A DNA stretch of 64,000 nucleotides from an uncultured delta proteobacterium (GCA_963842085.1 CAWJET010000001.1:2720001-2784000), one strand, 5' to 3'. Shown: positions 27,760 to 38,384, counted from the first letter of the stretch. The notes: generated by a model from the sequence alone, not told the origin. Program-made: numbers and translations.

Positions 27760-29457
27760 GTGCCCTCGTTTTACGACTTCGCAATCGTCTGCCAGTCGCT
27801 CAGCCAGACCCAGAGCCGGATTCAGATGGCCGAGACGGTGGGCTCGTTCCTCGCCTCGCTCGATGTCGATGAAGCGGAGATCGCGGCGCGATTCATAGTC
27901 GGCCGCGCGGTCGAGCAGGGCGAGGAGAAGCGCCTCCAGATAAGCGGCCGCGCGATCTGGAAAATCGTTGCGGAGATGACGGACAGCGCCGATCAGGGCG
28001 AGGACATCTTCATCGCCGCCGAAGACTTCGGCGAGGCGGTCGAGATGACGCTCAAGCTTCGCGCCGCCGACCCCGAACCGACGCTCACGATTCGCGAGCT
28101 CAACGAAAAATTCGCCGCGATTGCCGCGATCGAGGGGCGCCACGCACGCAAGCGCAAGCTCGACGCGCTGCGCGAGCTGTTCACGCGCGCGTCGGCATTC
28201 GAGGCCAGGTACATCGCGAAAATTCTGATTGGCGAGATGCGCCATGGGGTGAGCGAGGGCTTGATGCTCGAGGCGATTGCCCGGATGGGCGGGCGGCCGG
28301 TCAGCGAAGTTCGCCGGATTCACATGCTGGAGGCCGACCTCGGCCGCGTGGTGCGAATCATGCGCTCGCCGGGCGCGGAAAAGTCTGTCGCGGAGAAACC
28401 TCTGGCGGACGGGGTCGCCCCTCGCACGCGCGCGGTCAAGCCGCTCAAGCCGATGCTTGCGTTTCCGATCGCGGACGTTGCGGAAGCGTTCGCTACGCTC
28501 GGCCCGGAACTATCATTCGAGCACAAGTTCGACGGCGCGCGCGTGCAGATACATCACGCGGGCGACGGCGGCGTGCGAATTTTCTCGCGCAGGCTGAACG
28601 AGATTACCGAGAGCATTCCCGACGTGGTCGAGGTTGTGAATCGAATCGGCGCGCGCCACGCGATTCTCGACGGTGAAGTGATCGGCGTCGACGCGTCGGG
28701 GCGGCCGGCCGCATTTCAGGATCTGATGCGGCGCTTTGGACGCACGCGCGGCGTCGAGCAGGCACGCGCCGAGCAGGCGCTTAAACTCTACGTGTTCGAC
28801 CTGCTCGCGCTCGACGGCGCGTTGACGATCGATCGCCCGTGGACGGAGAGAATTTCCATGCTCGAGGAACTGCGGTCGTCAGCCGGACTGGAGATTGTCG
28901 AGCGCATCATCAAGCCGAATCTCGCCGATGCCGAAAAATTCTACGCCGACGCAGTCGCCGCCGGATACGAAGGCGTGATGGCGAAGTCGCTCGCGAGCGC
29001 GTACACGCCGGGCGCGCGCGGCCGCGGATGGCTCAAGATAAAGCACACGCACACGCTGGATCTGGTGATCGTCGCGGCCGAGTGGGGCTACGGCCGCCGC
29101 CACGGCTGGCTTTCCAACTACCATCTGGCGGCGCGCGACAAGAGGGGAGGGTTCGCGATGCTCGGCAAGACTTTCAAGGGGCTCAGCGACGAGCAATTCC
29201 GCGCGATGACCGAACGGCTGCTCGCGCTCAAGACCGCCGAGTCGCAAGGCGTCGTGACGGTTCGTCCCGAGGTCGTCGTCGAGGTTGCGTACAATGATAT
29301 CCAGCGCAGTCCGAACTACGATGCCGGAATGGCGTTGCGATTTGCGCGCATCGTGCGCATCCGCGACGACAAATCACCCGAGCAGGCGGATTCAATCGAT
29401 ACTGTGACTGCGAACTACCAGCGGCAGGCAATAAGGCCGCAAGCGGACAAAGCCTGA
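27760..29457 (+). CDS. ATP-dependent DNA ligase
   Basis: EHKFDG, ILDGE, YVFD, EGVMAK, WLKIK, ALRFAR..RDDK. Confidence 0.93.
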   Translation: MPSFYDFAIVCQSLSQTQSRIQMAETVGSFLASLDVDEAEIAARFIVGRAVEQGEEKRLQISGRAIWKIVAEMTDSADQGEDIFIAAEDFGEAVEMTLKLRAADPEPTLTIRELNEKFAAIAAIEGRHARKRKLDALRELFTRASAFEARYIAKILIGEMRHGVSEGLMLEAIARMGGRPVSEVRRIHMLEADLGRVVRIMRSPGAEKSVAEKPLADGVAPRTRAVKPLKPMLAFPIADVAEAFATLGPELSFEHKFDGARVQIHHAGDGGVRIFSRRLNEITESIPDVVEVVNRIGARHAILDGEVIGVDASGRPAAFQDLMRRFGRTRGVEQARAEQALKLYVFDLLALDGALTIDRPWTERISMLEELRSSAGLEIVERIIKPNLADAEKFYADAVAAGYEGVMAKSLASAYTPGARGRGWLKIKHTHTLDLVIVAAEWGYGRRHGWLSNYHLAARDKRGGFAMLGKTFKGLSDEQFRAMTERLLALKTAESQGVVTVRPEVVVEVAYNDIQRSPNYDAGMALRFARIVRIRDDKSPEQADSIDTVTANYQRQAIRPQADKA

Positions 29458-29475
29458 AGTTCGGCGCGCCGCGAA

Positions 29476-29703
29476 TCAGTGGTGATGATGCTGGACGTGG
29501 TTGGGCTCGTGCGCGTCGCTCAGCGCCATCCCGATAGCTTCGATCTCCGATTGGCCGAAATCCTCGAGCACGAACGCCTCGATGCCGGCGTCGGTTTCGA
29601 CTCGCTCGTAAAGGTCGCAACACCACCAGTCGGGACTCAATTGGCGCGTCCGAAGGACGAAAACGTTACCACCAACCACTTCAACCCGTTCCATAAAAGC
29701 CAC
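29476..29703 (-). CDS. Small hypothetical protein with WWCC motif and His-rich tail
   Basis: Strong SD GAGGAG before GTG; ends HEPNHVQHHHH. Confidence 0.6.
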   Translation of the reverse strand: MAFMERVEVVGGNVFVLRTRQLSPDWWCCDLYERVETDAGIEAFVLEDFGQSEIEAIGMALSDAHEPNHVQHHHH

Positions 29704-29844
29704 CTCCTCGGTCTTGGAATGGCTGCAGGTGCCGGGGTACCAGGATAAATAAATTAGCAGAATTTCATCTATATTGCTAATGCCCGAAGTGTGAAAAGTT
29801 AGCTTGATCGGCGAAGTTTTCAGGTAAATTCGAGGCGCAGATCC

Positions 29845-30405
29845 TTAGCGCTCGGAACGAGTCGAGGCGACCCAGGCAGTCAAGGCATCCGTCGTTGTCG
29901 GGAAGGCGAGGTCGTGCCATGGGATGTCGTCGGGCGCGAAGTAGCGGATCTCGGTTGCCTCGTCGGAGAGCGCTGGTGCGTCGAGCCCTGGTTCGGCGAG
30001 ATAGACGACGACGGTCAGCGATGGGTTCATCGAGTCAGTAAACACTCCCAGCAGCGCCCCGAGCGCGACGCGCATTCCGACTTCTTCACGCGTCTCGCGA
30101 ACGGCGGCGTCGGCGGAGTTCTCGCCGAAATCGACGTAGCCGCCCGGGAACGTCCACTTGCCCACGGCAGGCTCGATGCCGCGGCGGAGCAACAGCACGC
30201 GCCCGGTGTCGATGATGAAGCATCCGGCGACCAGCTTGGGTCCGGGGAAGAGCACGAAGCCGCATCGCGTACAGGCCTTGCGCTCCACGTTCTCGGGCAT
30301 CAGCATTCGAGGCGCCATCGCGTCGCCGCACAGCGGACAGAATTTCACCTTGGCGGGATAGTCGCGCTGCACGCGATGGTTGGCGTGAACCGGGCCGCGT
30401 TTCAT
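29845..30405 (-). CDS. NUDIX hydrolase with N-terminal Zn ribbon
   Basis: FCPLCG..CTRCG; GGYVDFGE...AVRETREEVG Nudix box. Confidence 0.9.
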   Translation of the reverse strand: MKRGPVHANHRVQRDYPAKVKFCPLCGDAMAPRMLMPENVERKACTRCGFVLFPGPKLVAGCFIIDTGRVLLLRRGIEPAVGKWTFPGGYVDFGENSADAAVRETREEVGMRVALGALLGVFTDSMNPSLTVVVYLAEPGLDAPALSDEATEIRYFAPDDIPWHDLAFPTTTDALTAWVASTRSER

Positions 30406-30409
30406 CGCA

Positions 30410-32986
30410 CTACGCAGTGAGGCGCCGGACCAGCGCTTCGCCAATAAGCAATATCATCGCGGCGACGAGCAGGTACGGATTCATCGAGACACGGCGCTCG
30501 AGCGTGGCGCGCTCGGTCGAGACCTCGGCCGTCGATGGATTGAGACGCCCGCCGGTCGCGGACGCGAGCTTTTCGAGCAGTCCGTAGTTCGGCTCCGGGC
30601 GCGGCAGTTCAGCGTTGACGGACGGGCTGACCGTGAACGCGAGCGGCGGGAACTTCTTGTCCTTGCCGGCCGGCGAACGCACTTCGAAGTAGTAATTGCC
30701 GGGCGCGGGCGCGTCGATCGACCCCGACAGCTCGCCCACGACTTCTTCGGTGAGCGCGGTCTCGGTCGTGGTCCCGTCGGGCCGCGTCACCAGCACCGTC
30801 ACGAGGCGGGCCGCATTGCCGGGCTCGGCGCTGTAATCGGTGAGCTTGATGTTGATGCGCCCGGCGTTGTAGCCGAGTGCGACGTCAATCTTCGGCTCCG
30901 CGGGCATCTCCGGCGTCATCCACGCGAGCAGGCGATCCCAGAGCGGCTGAAAGACATTCGCGGTGACCCACGTTCCGGACCATCGACCGCTCGCGTCCGT
31001 CGTCACCGCCATCACCTTGCCCGCGCCGTACCTCCAGCTCGCGATGACGGGTTCGCGCGTGCCGCCACGCTCGACGTACATGTCCATCGTGGCGCGCGGC
31101 TTGATCTCGGTGGAGACGTAGCCCCTGAGCGGCGGCATCTGCCGCGCCGCGAGATCTTTCAGAATCGCGTCGGGGCTTTCGGAGCGCGGTGTGAATTCCT
31201 TTTCGACCATCGTGATCTCGCCGCCGTGCGCGCGAAAATCCTCGACGAAAAGCTGCGGCAGATTGGTCGGGCTGTCGGTCTGATAGTAGGAACCGCCGCC
31301 GTACTTCGCGATCGCCTGGAGCAGGTCCACGTTGGCGTCCCGGCCGACCGCGATCGTCGAGATCGTCGTGTCTCCATCATGATGCATCCGCGAGACGAGG
31401 TCGTAGTACATCTCGGCGGTGCCGCCGGTCTCGCCGTCGGTGAGGATTACGACGTGCTTGACCTGTGTGCCGCTGTTGCCGAGCGTGCGTTCGGCCTCGC
31501 GCAGCGCGGGAATCAGGAAGGTCTGGCCGTGAGCTGAGAGCCGGTTGATCATCTGATCGAAATACGGCCGGCTCTGCGCAACCGACTGCAGCGGGATGAC
31601 GACAAACGGTTGCGAGTCGAACCCGATGACGCCGATCAAGTCGTTGTCCTTGAGCGTTTTGGTGACGGTCTCGGCGGCGGCCTTGGCATAAGTGAGTTTG
31701 TCGTTGCGGCCCATCGAGCCCGACTTGTCGATGATCAAAACCAGCGCGCGTTTCTTTTCCTTGTGCTGCGGAGGCTTCATCGTAACCGGCATGACGGCGG
31801 CAAGTGGACTGTCCGAATAGCCGCCAAGGCCGAAACTCGAATCGCCGCCGACCATCGCGAGCGAACCGCCGCGACTCACGTACGCCGCCATCGCGTTCTG
31901 CGCGGCCGGCGCGATCCGTTCGCTCGGCACGTTGTTGATCAATACCGCGTCGTAACCCGCGACGGAGCCGTTCCACGTCCCGCCGGTGACGGGCACGACG
32001 GTCGGCTCGAGTCCCATCCGGTTGACGACGGTCCCGAGATAGCTCGCGTCGCGGGCGCTGTCGGTCAGAATCAGAACTTTGCGCCGCGCGCCCACTCCCA
32101 CCCATCCTTTGAGCGAGTCGTCCTCGGGGTACGCGTCGAAAGCCGGATTGTCGGGCTTGTAGGTGGCGGAGTAGGAAGCCAGGCCGACGGTTTCGGTGTG
32201 GACCGGGAAGTCGAGGCGCTGCGAGCCGCGCGCCAGCGTCACTTTGCGCTCATCGATTTGTGCGCCGTCGCGCTCGATTGTGATGGTGCCGGCCACCGGC
32301 GCGTCGTTGAGATTTTCCAGCGTGACGCCGAGCGCGAACGGCGCGGCTTTCTCGAGCGCGGGCGGCAGCGCGAGCGCCGTCATCGCGACGTTGGGAATCG
32401 AGCGCGCGCCGGGGGGCGTGAAGATGTCGAGGCGAATCTCGGCGTTGACAATCGCGCTGATCGCGCGCTCGGCGTCGCCGCGATTCTGCCAGCCGTCGGT
32501 CACCATTACGGCCGGCCCGCCGTGCGCGTCGGGGTCGGCGGCGATACGGTAGAGCGCGCTCTCGAGGTTGGTCGCACCGGGCCCGCATTCGGCGCATCCG
32601 GCGCCGTTGGCGAAGGCCGTTTCGACGGCGCCGATCGATTGCGGAGCGACGTCCGCCGCGAACATGTAGGCTGGATCTCCAGCGCGCAGCCCCAGGTCGT
32701 CGCGCAATAGCTTGAGCGTCCAGGCGCGCATGGCAGGCGTGATACTGGCGCTCGCATCGACGATTGCGGGCCGCGCCGCGCCCTCGGAATGCATCACCTG
32801 CTGCGGATTTGCGAGCGCGACGACGAACAGCGCGAGCACTATCGCGCGCATCAGCGGCGCAAACGCGCGGCGAAGTTCGCGCGCGTTGACCAGACCCCAG
32901 AGCAGAACGAGCGCGGGGATCGCGAGCAGGTACAGCAACTCGCGATGCGCGAAGGTCAAGTCGTGAGGCAGGCCTGCGGGAATCAT
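30410..32986 (-). CDS. Membrane vWA-domain protein with glutamine-amidotransferase-like domain
   Basis: DASAS/TDG and DKSGSM/LTDG MIDAS motifs; W.YGAGK. Confidence 0.85.
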   Translation of the reverse strand: MIPAGLPHDLTFAHRELLYLLAIPALVLLWGLVNARELRRAFAPLMRAIVLALFVVALANPQQVMHSEGAARPAIVDASASITPAMRAWTLKLLRDDLGLRAGDPAYMFAADVAPQSIGAVETAFANGAGCAECGPGATNLESALYRIAADPDAHGGPAVMVTDGWQNRGDAERAISAIVNAEIRLDIFTPPGARSIPNVAMTALALPPALEKAAPFALGVTLENLNDAPVAGTITIERDGAQIDERKVTLARGSQRLDFPVHTETVGLASYSATYKPDNPAFDAYPEDDSLKGWVGVGARRKVLILTDSARDASYLGTVVNRMGLEPTVVPVTGGTWNGSVAGYDAVLINNVPSERIAPAAQNAMAAYVSRGGSLAMVGGDSSFGLGGYSDSPLAAVMPVTMKPPQHKEKKRALVLIIDKSGSMGRNDKLTYAKAAAETVTKTLKDNDLIGVIGFDSQPFVVIPLQSVAQSRPYFDQMINRLSAHGQTFLIPALREAERTLGNSGTQVKHVVILTDGETGGTAEMYYDLVSRMHHDGDTTISTIAVGRDANVDLLQAIAKYGGGSYYQTDSPTNLPQLFVEDFRAHGGEITMVEKEFTPRSESPDAILKDLAARQMPPLRGYVSTEIKPRATMDMYVERGGTREPVIASWRYGAGKVMAVTTDASGRWSGTWVTANVFQPLWDRLLAWMTPEMPAEPKIDVALGYNAGRINIKLTDYSAEPGNAARLVTVLVTRPDGTTTETALTEEVVGELSGSIDAPAPGNYYFEVRSPAGKDKKFPPLAFTVSPSVNAELPRPEPNYGLLEKLASATGGRLNPSTAEVSTERATLERRVSMNPYLLVAAMILLIGEALVRRLTA

Positions 32987-34791
32987 GGCGCGGCCTCGAA
33001 GATGCGCCGGCGCCGATAGACGATGAGAGCTTCCAGAGCGGTCAGCGCGATAATCGCGAAAAGCAGGTAGTCGCTCAGCGAGGATTTTTCCATCACCGGC
33101 TCGGCGGCGGAACCCGATTTTGCGGCTTCGACTTTAAGCAGCGGCGAGCTGGAGAGATCCGACTCGCTCAGGTCGGCCAGGTTCACGGCGCGCGGCGTCT
33201 TCGCGCCGCCGGGACCGACCAGCTCGTACACTCCCTGCTCTGAAACGTCGGTAAAAAGCGTGCCCGGATGGGCAGCGACTTTTCTTCCTGACGGCAGTAT
33301 CACGTGCTCGACCCCGGCGGGCACCAGCCACGGCTGTCCGGTCCGGTAGCCGCCGCTGCTCGCGCCAAGTCCGGCGAGATAACTGATCGCGTTGAGCGTC
33401 AGCACCGACATCGGAAGGTTGCGGCGCCCCAGATACGGGAAGGGATTGAAGCCGGTCGCGACGAAACGATGACCCCCGCGGTCGCCCTTTAGCAGCAGCG
33501 CGCCGCCGTCGCCACCGACCACCTGGCTCATCCACGGATGACTGCCGAAGTACTCGCCGCCGCGAAGACTGAGCAGGCGGAAATTCACCGAGTCGGTGAG
33601 GGTGTCGGTCGTGCGCCATCCGGCAATCTGGACTCTCGCGGTCGGCGTCACCGTCAATCCGAAGACGGGATCGCCCGGCGGCGGCATCACGAGCATTGTG
33701 TTCACGCCGGGGATTTCCTTGGGCGTGGCGTATTCAAAGATGGCGAGATCGAAGTTGCCGAGATCGTCGGGCGCGTAGGAGTCGGGGGTGCGCGCGGTGA
33801 CCTGGACGCCGGGAATCGAATTCAGTCCCTCGGCGTCGGCGGGAGTCGGGCTGATGAAGAGAATCGACACGTTCTTGACGGAGCCGGCGGTTGCGTAAGC
33901 GACGTTGTCGAGTGCGAGCGCGTCGTCGGGCGCGAGGTTTGCCTGGTAGCTTCGCGCGGGCGGGATCGCGGGGAACTCCAGCGTGGCGGTCTCGCGCGCG
34001 CCGAGAGCTTCTTTGGCGCGGGCCACCTCCTTGCCGTCGCCCGTCACGACGAGTTCGAGCGTGCGGGTTTCCGGGCTGAAGTTGGCGATCGTGAGACTTG
34101 CGTGAAGGGCTTCCGCGCCAAGGACTTCGCGCCGCAGCGTGAACGAGCCAATCGCGGCGTTGGCGACCGCGTCGCTCACCGCGATCGGATGAATTCGCGC
34201 CGGCACCGGCGCAGCCAGCGCGTTGGCGCCCGCGAAAATCACCTTGGCGACGCGCGCTTCCGAGGCGAGGTTGGAGAGGAAGTTCTCCAGCGTCGTTTGA
34301 TCGTTGGGCGCATCGGTTGGCTTGATTCGCCCGAGCGCCAGGCGCGCCGCAGTCAGCGTGTTGAACGGCGGCGCGACGCGGCGCGGCTGCGGCGCGGTGA
34401 CGTAAACCGAAATTTCGCCGCCGCCATCTTCGGCGGACAATTCGGCGTCCAGCTTTTCGCGCGCGACGTCGAAACGGCTCTTGCCCGATGGCGTCAGCGC
34501 CTGCATCGCGGCGGAATTGTCGATCACGACGGCGAGCGGAGCGGTTCGTTTCCAGATGAACGGACCCGCCAGCGCGAGCACCACCAGGCTCAGGATCAAA
34601 ACCTCGGCGAAGAACATCCAATCCAGCCGCGGCCATCCACCGAAACGCTCGCGCCGAAAACCGCGTAGCGCGCGAAACGCCAGCACGCTCGAGACCGTCA
34701 CGCGCGACGGCCGCTCCTTGGCGAGGTACGCCAGCACCAGCACCGGGATGAGGGCGAAAAATGCGAGTGCGCCGGGATAGAGGAGTCCCAT
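32983..34791 (-). CDS. BatA-type N-terminal / vWA domain membrane protein
   Basis: N-terminal double TM, IDNSAAM, C-terminal TM. Confidence 0.8.
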   Translation of the reverse strand: MGLLYPGALAFFALIPVLVLAYLAKERPSRVTVSSVLAFRALRGFRRERFGGWPRLDWMFFAEVLILSLVVLALAGPFIWKRTAPLAVVIDNSAAMQALTPSGKSRFDVAREKLDAELSAEDGGGEISVYVTAPQPRRVAPPFNTLTAARLALGRIKPTDAPNDQTTLENFLSNLASEARVAKVIFAGANALAAPVPARIHPIAVSDAVANAAIGSFTLRREVLGAEALHASLTIANFSPETRTLELVVTGDGKEVARAKEALGARETATLEFPAIPPARSYQANLAPDDALALDNVAYATAGSVKNVSILFISPTPADAEGLNSIPGVQVTARTPDSYAPDDLGNFDLAIFEYATPKEIPGVNTMLVMPPPGDPVFGLTVTPTARVQIAGWRTTDTLTDSVNFRLLSLRGGEYFGSHPWMSQVVGGDGGALLLKGDRGGHRFVATGFNPFPYLGRRNLPMSVLTLNAISYLAGLGASSGGYRTGQPWLVPAGVEHVILPSGRKVAAHPGTLFTDVSEQGVYELVGPGGAKTPRAVNLADLSESDLSSSPLLKVEAAKSGSAAEPVMEKSSLSDYLLFAIIALTALEALIVYRRRRIFEAAP

Positions 34792-34802
34792 CGGATAACT
34801 CT

Positions 34803-35702
34803 TCAGTGCGCCAGGCCGAGGTCGCGCACCGCGCGGACGAAGAATTGCTGGAAGTCCTGGTCGGTCGTGTAGAGCGCGTAATGCAGCCCGCGCTTGAAGC
34901 AGAACGATTTTATTTCGCGCGTGAGACGCACCATCGTCTCGCGATACTGCGTGCGTTCGCGCTCGCCGATCGAGACCCGCAGCCGCTCGCCCGACTCGGA
35001 ATCGACGACCTCGACGTCGCCATCGAGACCCTGGCCGTTGAGTTCGCGACCGCCAAGAATCTGCACCGCCGTCAGGTCCATCGAGGCCGCCGTGAACATC
35101 CCAAGTCCGCGCGTGACCGAGTTGAGCAGCATCAGGAAGTCGGAAACGATAAACACCTTGCCGGCGCGCCGAATCGCAAGCAGCTCGGTCGCCAGCGAGG
35201 TCGCGAAATCGAACTGCCCGCCCGGCCTCAGATCGTGCAGGCGTCGCGCAAGCTCGACGATTCGATGACGGCCGTTGACGAACGACGGATCGACCTTCGC
35301 GCCCTTGCCGCCCAGCACGCGCAGCATCACCCGATCGCCGCTGGCGAGCGCGACGTAGGCGAGCGCGAGCGCGGTCAGCATCGCGGATTCGAACTTGCGA
35401 TCGCCTGCTGGATATCCCATCGACGCGCTCGCATCGACGAAGATATACGTGAGCAGGTCTTCCTCTTCCTGGAAAAGCTTGATGTAGAGTTTGTCGCTGC
35501 GGCCGTACAGTCCCCAGTCGATGTAGCGGAAGTCGTCGCCGGGCGAGTAATGGCGGTAGTCGTTGAACTCGAGCGACGAGCCGCGCTTGGGCGACAAGTG
35601 CATGCCCCGGCCCACCCCGGCGTAGCGCTGGCGGGTCCTGATCCTGAGCTTTTCGAGCCGGGCAAGAAAACCCGGCGTGAATTCGTCCGGCAGTCCGAAC
35701 AT
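34803..35702 (-). CDS. DUF58 protein
   Basis: GSSLEF.DYR.Y.PGDDFRYIDW, DASASM, SDF. Confidence 0.92.
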   Translation of the reverse strand: MFGLPDEFTPGFLARLEKLRIRTRQRYAGVGRGMHLSPKRGSSLEFNDYRHYSPGDDFRYIDWGLYGRSDKLYIKLFQEEEDLLTYIFVDASASMGYPAGDRKFESAMLTALALAYVALASGDRVMLRVLGGKGAKVDPSFVNGRHRIVELARRLHDLRPGGQFDFATSLATELLAIRRAGKVFIVSDFLMLLNSVTRGLGMFTAASMDLTAVQILGGRELNGQGLDGDVEVVDSESGERLRVSIGERERTQYRETMVRLTREIKSFCFKRGLHYALYTTDQDFQQFFVRAVRDLGLAH

Positions 35703-35704
35703 CG

Positions 35705-36724
35705 CTACGTGCGCGGCTTCTTGAGCCGCTTTATCACCTGCTCGAGGATCGATTCCGAGGAAACACTCTCGGCCTCCGCCTGGAAGTTGAGCAGCAAGCG
35801 ATGGCGCAGGCACGGGATGACGGCGTCGTCGATATCGTCGTAACTCACGCTCACGCGGCCCGCCAGCAATGCGTTAACCTTCGCGCACAGAATCAGCGCC
35901 TGCGCGCCGCGCGGGCTCGGCCCAAAGCGCAGATATTGCGAGACCTCGGGGATGGCGCCGGGACCGCCGGGCGTGCATCCGCCGATCACACTGATGATGT
36001 AACGCTCGAGCGGCTCGGCCACCATCACCTCGCGCACCAGCGCCTTGAGCTCCTCGATCGCCCGCGGCGCGCGCGCCGGTTCGAACAGCGGCTGAATCTT
36101 GTTGTGCGCCGTGCCGGTGGTGCGGTCGAGGATTTCGCGCAACTCGTCGGGCTTGGGCGAGCCCATCACGACTTTGAAGATGAACCGATCCATCTGCGCT
36201 TCGGGCAGCGGATAGGTTCCTTCGAGCTCGATTGGATTTTGCGTGGCGAGAACTATGTACGGCGGATCGAGAACGTAGGTAGTGCCGAAGACGGTCACCT
36301 GATGCTCTTCCATCGCCTCGAGCACGGCCGACTGCGTCTTGGGCGTGGCGCGATTGATCTCGTCGCCCAGCACCATGTGCGCGAAGATCGGGCCGGGCTT
36401 GAACTGGAACTCGCGATGGCCGTCGGACTCAGTCAGCACCTGCGTGCCGATGATGTCCGAGGGCATCAGGTCGGGCGTGAACTGGATTCGTTTGAAGCTG
36501 AGTCCGAGCGTCTCGCTGGCCGCCTTGACCATCAGCGTTTTGCCCAGCCCGGGCACGCCTTCGATCAAAATATGGCCGCCGCAAAACAGCGCGGTCAGCA
36601 TCTTTCGTACGACCTCTCGATGGCCGACGATCACGCGCGCAACTTCGCTCTCGGCACGCGAGAAAATCTTGCGAAAATCCGCGACCCGCTGGTCGGGTGA
36701 AACCTGTTGAGGAGCCGCTCCCAT
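35705..36724 (-). CDS. MoxR family AAA+ ATPase
   Basis: GVPGLGKT, RIQFTPDLMPSD, DEINR, TQNPIE.EGTYPLPEAQ.DRF. Confidence 0.95.
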   Translation of the reverse strand: MGAAPQQVSPDQRVADFRKIFSRAESEVARVIVGHREVVRKMLTALFCGGHILIEGVPGLGKTLMVKAASETLGLSFKRIQFTPDLMPSDIIGTQVLTESDGHREFQFKPGPIFAHMVLGDEINRATPKTQSAVLEAMEEHQVTVFGTTYVLDPPYIVLATQNPIELEGTYPLPEAQMDRFIFKVVMGSPKPDELREILDRTTGTAHNKIQPLFEPARAPRAIEELKALVREVMVAEPLERYIISVIGGCTPGGPGAIPEVSQYLRFGPSPRGAQALILCAKVNALLAGRVSVSYDDIDDAVIPCLRHRLLLNFQAEAESVSSESILEQVIKRLKKPRT

Positions 36725-36748
36725 CCGTTGTCCTTCCTTGTCCTGAAG

Positions 36749-38323
36749 CTAATGAATCATGTCGCGATAGCGCGGCGGCACCAGTTGTCGTTCGTCGGGC
36801 GGCGCGTCGTCGCTGGTCGGCGCCAATGGGGCATTGACGTAAGCCGTCGTCGCCTTCGGCCGATCGGTGTCAAGTACCGTTTTCCCGCCGCTACCGGAAG
36901 AGGGCGCGCCCGGCAGCCGGAACATAACGTAACGCGCGTCCTTGATGTCGAGCGCGGCGCCCTTCTCGCCGGGCTTCAGGAAGCGCTGCGCGTTGGTTGA
37001 GGTCGGCATCTCGCCGAGATGCGTATCGCCGAGGTTCGAGCCCATGTCCTTATTGTTTTTCGGATTGCCGCCGGCGCTGGGGACATTACGATCGCCGTTG
37101 GCGCCCGGCTTGGGAATCTCGCCCGGGTGATTGAGATCGGGCTGGCTGCCGCTCTTATTCTGATCGATCTTGTCGCCGGGCTTGTTGGCGCCGCCTTGAT
37201 TCTTGTCGTTGCCGGGCTGGTTGTCGGGGCCGGGATTTCTCGCGTTGGCGGTCTCAACCTGCGCTTCGGCTTTGGCGAGTTCGTTGCGGAGTTCGATGTT
37301 CGATTGGTCGCCCTTGTTCTGATCGTTCTTTGCCGACCCCTTTCCGCCTTCGTTCTTGCCCGAATTATTGGCGTTGCCACCTTTGCCCGAGCCCGCGTTG
37401 TTGCCGCCGAGGTTCTGGCCGGCGCCGGTGCCGCTCTGGCCCTCGCCGCTGCCCGCTCCCGCGGAATTGCCCTGGCCCTGGCTCTTGCCGTTGCCATTGC
37501 CGTTTCCGTTTTGTGCGTTCGACTTGCCGGTGCCCTGATTCTTTCCCGACTGGCTGTTGTTGCGCTTTTGAGCGGCCTTGTCGGCTTGCCGCATCGCATC
37601 CTCGATACGCGTCTTTTTTACTTCGGGCGGCAGCTTGGAATTTTCCAGCGCGTCGGCGGCGGCGCGAATCTTGTCGGCCAGGGCGGTATCGTCGGAACTG
37701 GTCGCCGTTTCGGCGATTTCCTCGGCGATCGCGCGCAGCTTGGCGGCTTCTCTATTCTCCGGCGTCGGCGCGCGCACCAATCCCAACGTCGCAAGCACCA
37801 TCGCGAGCGCGACCGCGCCCGCAAAAATCGACGAACGCTTGAGCGGCTCGCCGACTTCGAGCCTGAATTCCCGGCGCACGTCGAGGCCACCGAACAATGC
37901 GATCGCGCGCCGCCACAGAATCGGGAACAGCGGTGTGCGTCGCGCACGGCTGCTCTCCGGCGTCGACGGATTGGCCAGTGTGGCGAATGTCACGATCTCC
38001 TGGTTGCCCTCCAGCAGGTCGTCGAGCTCGGCGGCGGCTGCAACAAAGTCGTTGGCGCGGCGATACGCGCGAAATGCCGTGACCAATCCGGCGGCCAGCA
38101 CCACGAGGCCCGCGCCAATCAACCCGAGGCTGAGCACGGTGGCGCGGTCGGGCGCCATCGAGTAGCCCAGTCGCCTCCAGGTCAGGTCGCCGATCGGCTC
38201 GAGCAACACTCCCAGCGCGATCGCGGTGAGCGCCGGCGCCACCGCCGATAGCATCACGCGGATTGCGGCCAGCCGCGCGATTCGCGCGCTGGCGGTGCCG
38301 ATGGTCTCGACCGGATTGTCCAC
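36749..38323 (-). CDS. Membrane protein with coiled coil and long G/N/K/Q low-complexity region (MoxR-cluster partner)
   Basis: TM helices, low-complexity tract, C-terminal VPPRYRDMI. Confidence 0.7.
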   Translation of the reverse strand: MDNPVETIGTASARIARLAAIRVMLSAVAPALTAIALGVLLEPIGDLTWRRLGYSMAPDRATVLSLGLIGAGLVVLAAGLVTAFRAYRRANDFVAAAAELDDLLEGNQEIVTFATLANPSTPESSRARRTPLFPILWRRAIALFGGLDVRREFRLEVGEPLKRSSIFAGAVALAMVLATLGLVRAPTPENREAAKLRAIAEEIAETATSSDDTALADKIRAAADALENSKLPPEVKKTRIEDAMRQADKAAQKRNNSQSGKNQGTGKSNAQNGNGNGNGKSQGQGNSAGAGSGEGQSGTGAGQNLGGNNAGSGKGGNANNSGKNEGGKGSAKNDQNKGDQSNIELRNELAKAEAQVETANARNPGPDNQPGNDKNQGGANKPGDKIDQNKSGSQPDLNHPGEIPKPGANGDRNVPSAGGNPKNNKDMGSNLGDTHLGEMPTSTNAQRFLKPGEKGAALDIKDARYVMFRLPGAPSSGSGGKTVLDTDRPKATTAYVNAPLAPTSDDAPPDERQLVPPRYRDMIH

Positions 38324-38384
38324 AGGATGAAATTACAGACTACTTGAGACAGATGCGACCGTCCAATCGGCGGCCCGAACTGCC

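Noticed and set aside
37019-37570. Repetitive TTGCC/TTGTT-rich DNA
   Set aside because: Explained by the Gly/Asn/Lys low-complexity coding sequence; not a CRISPR or tandem-repeat element.
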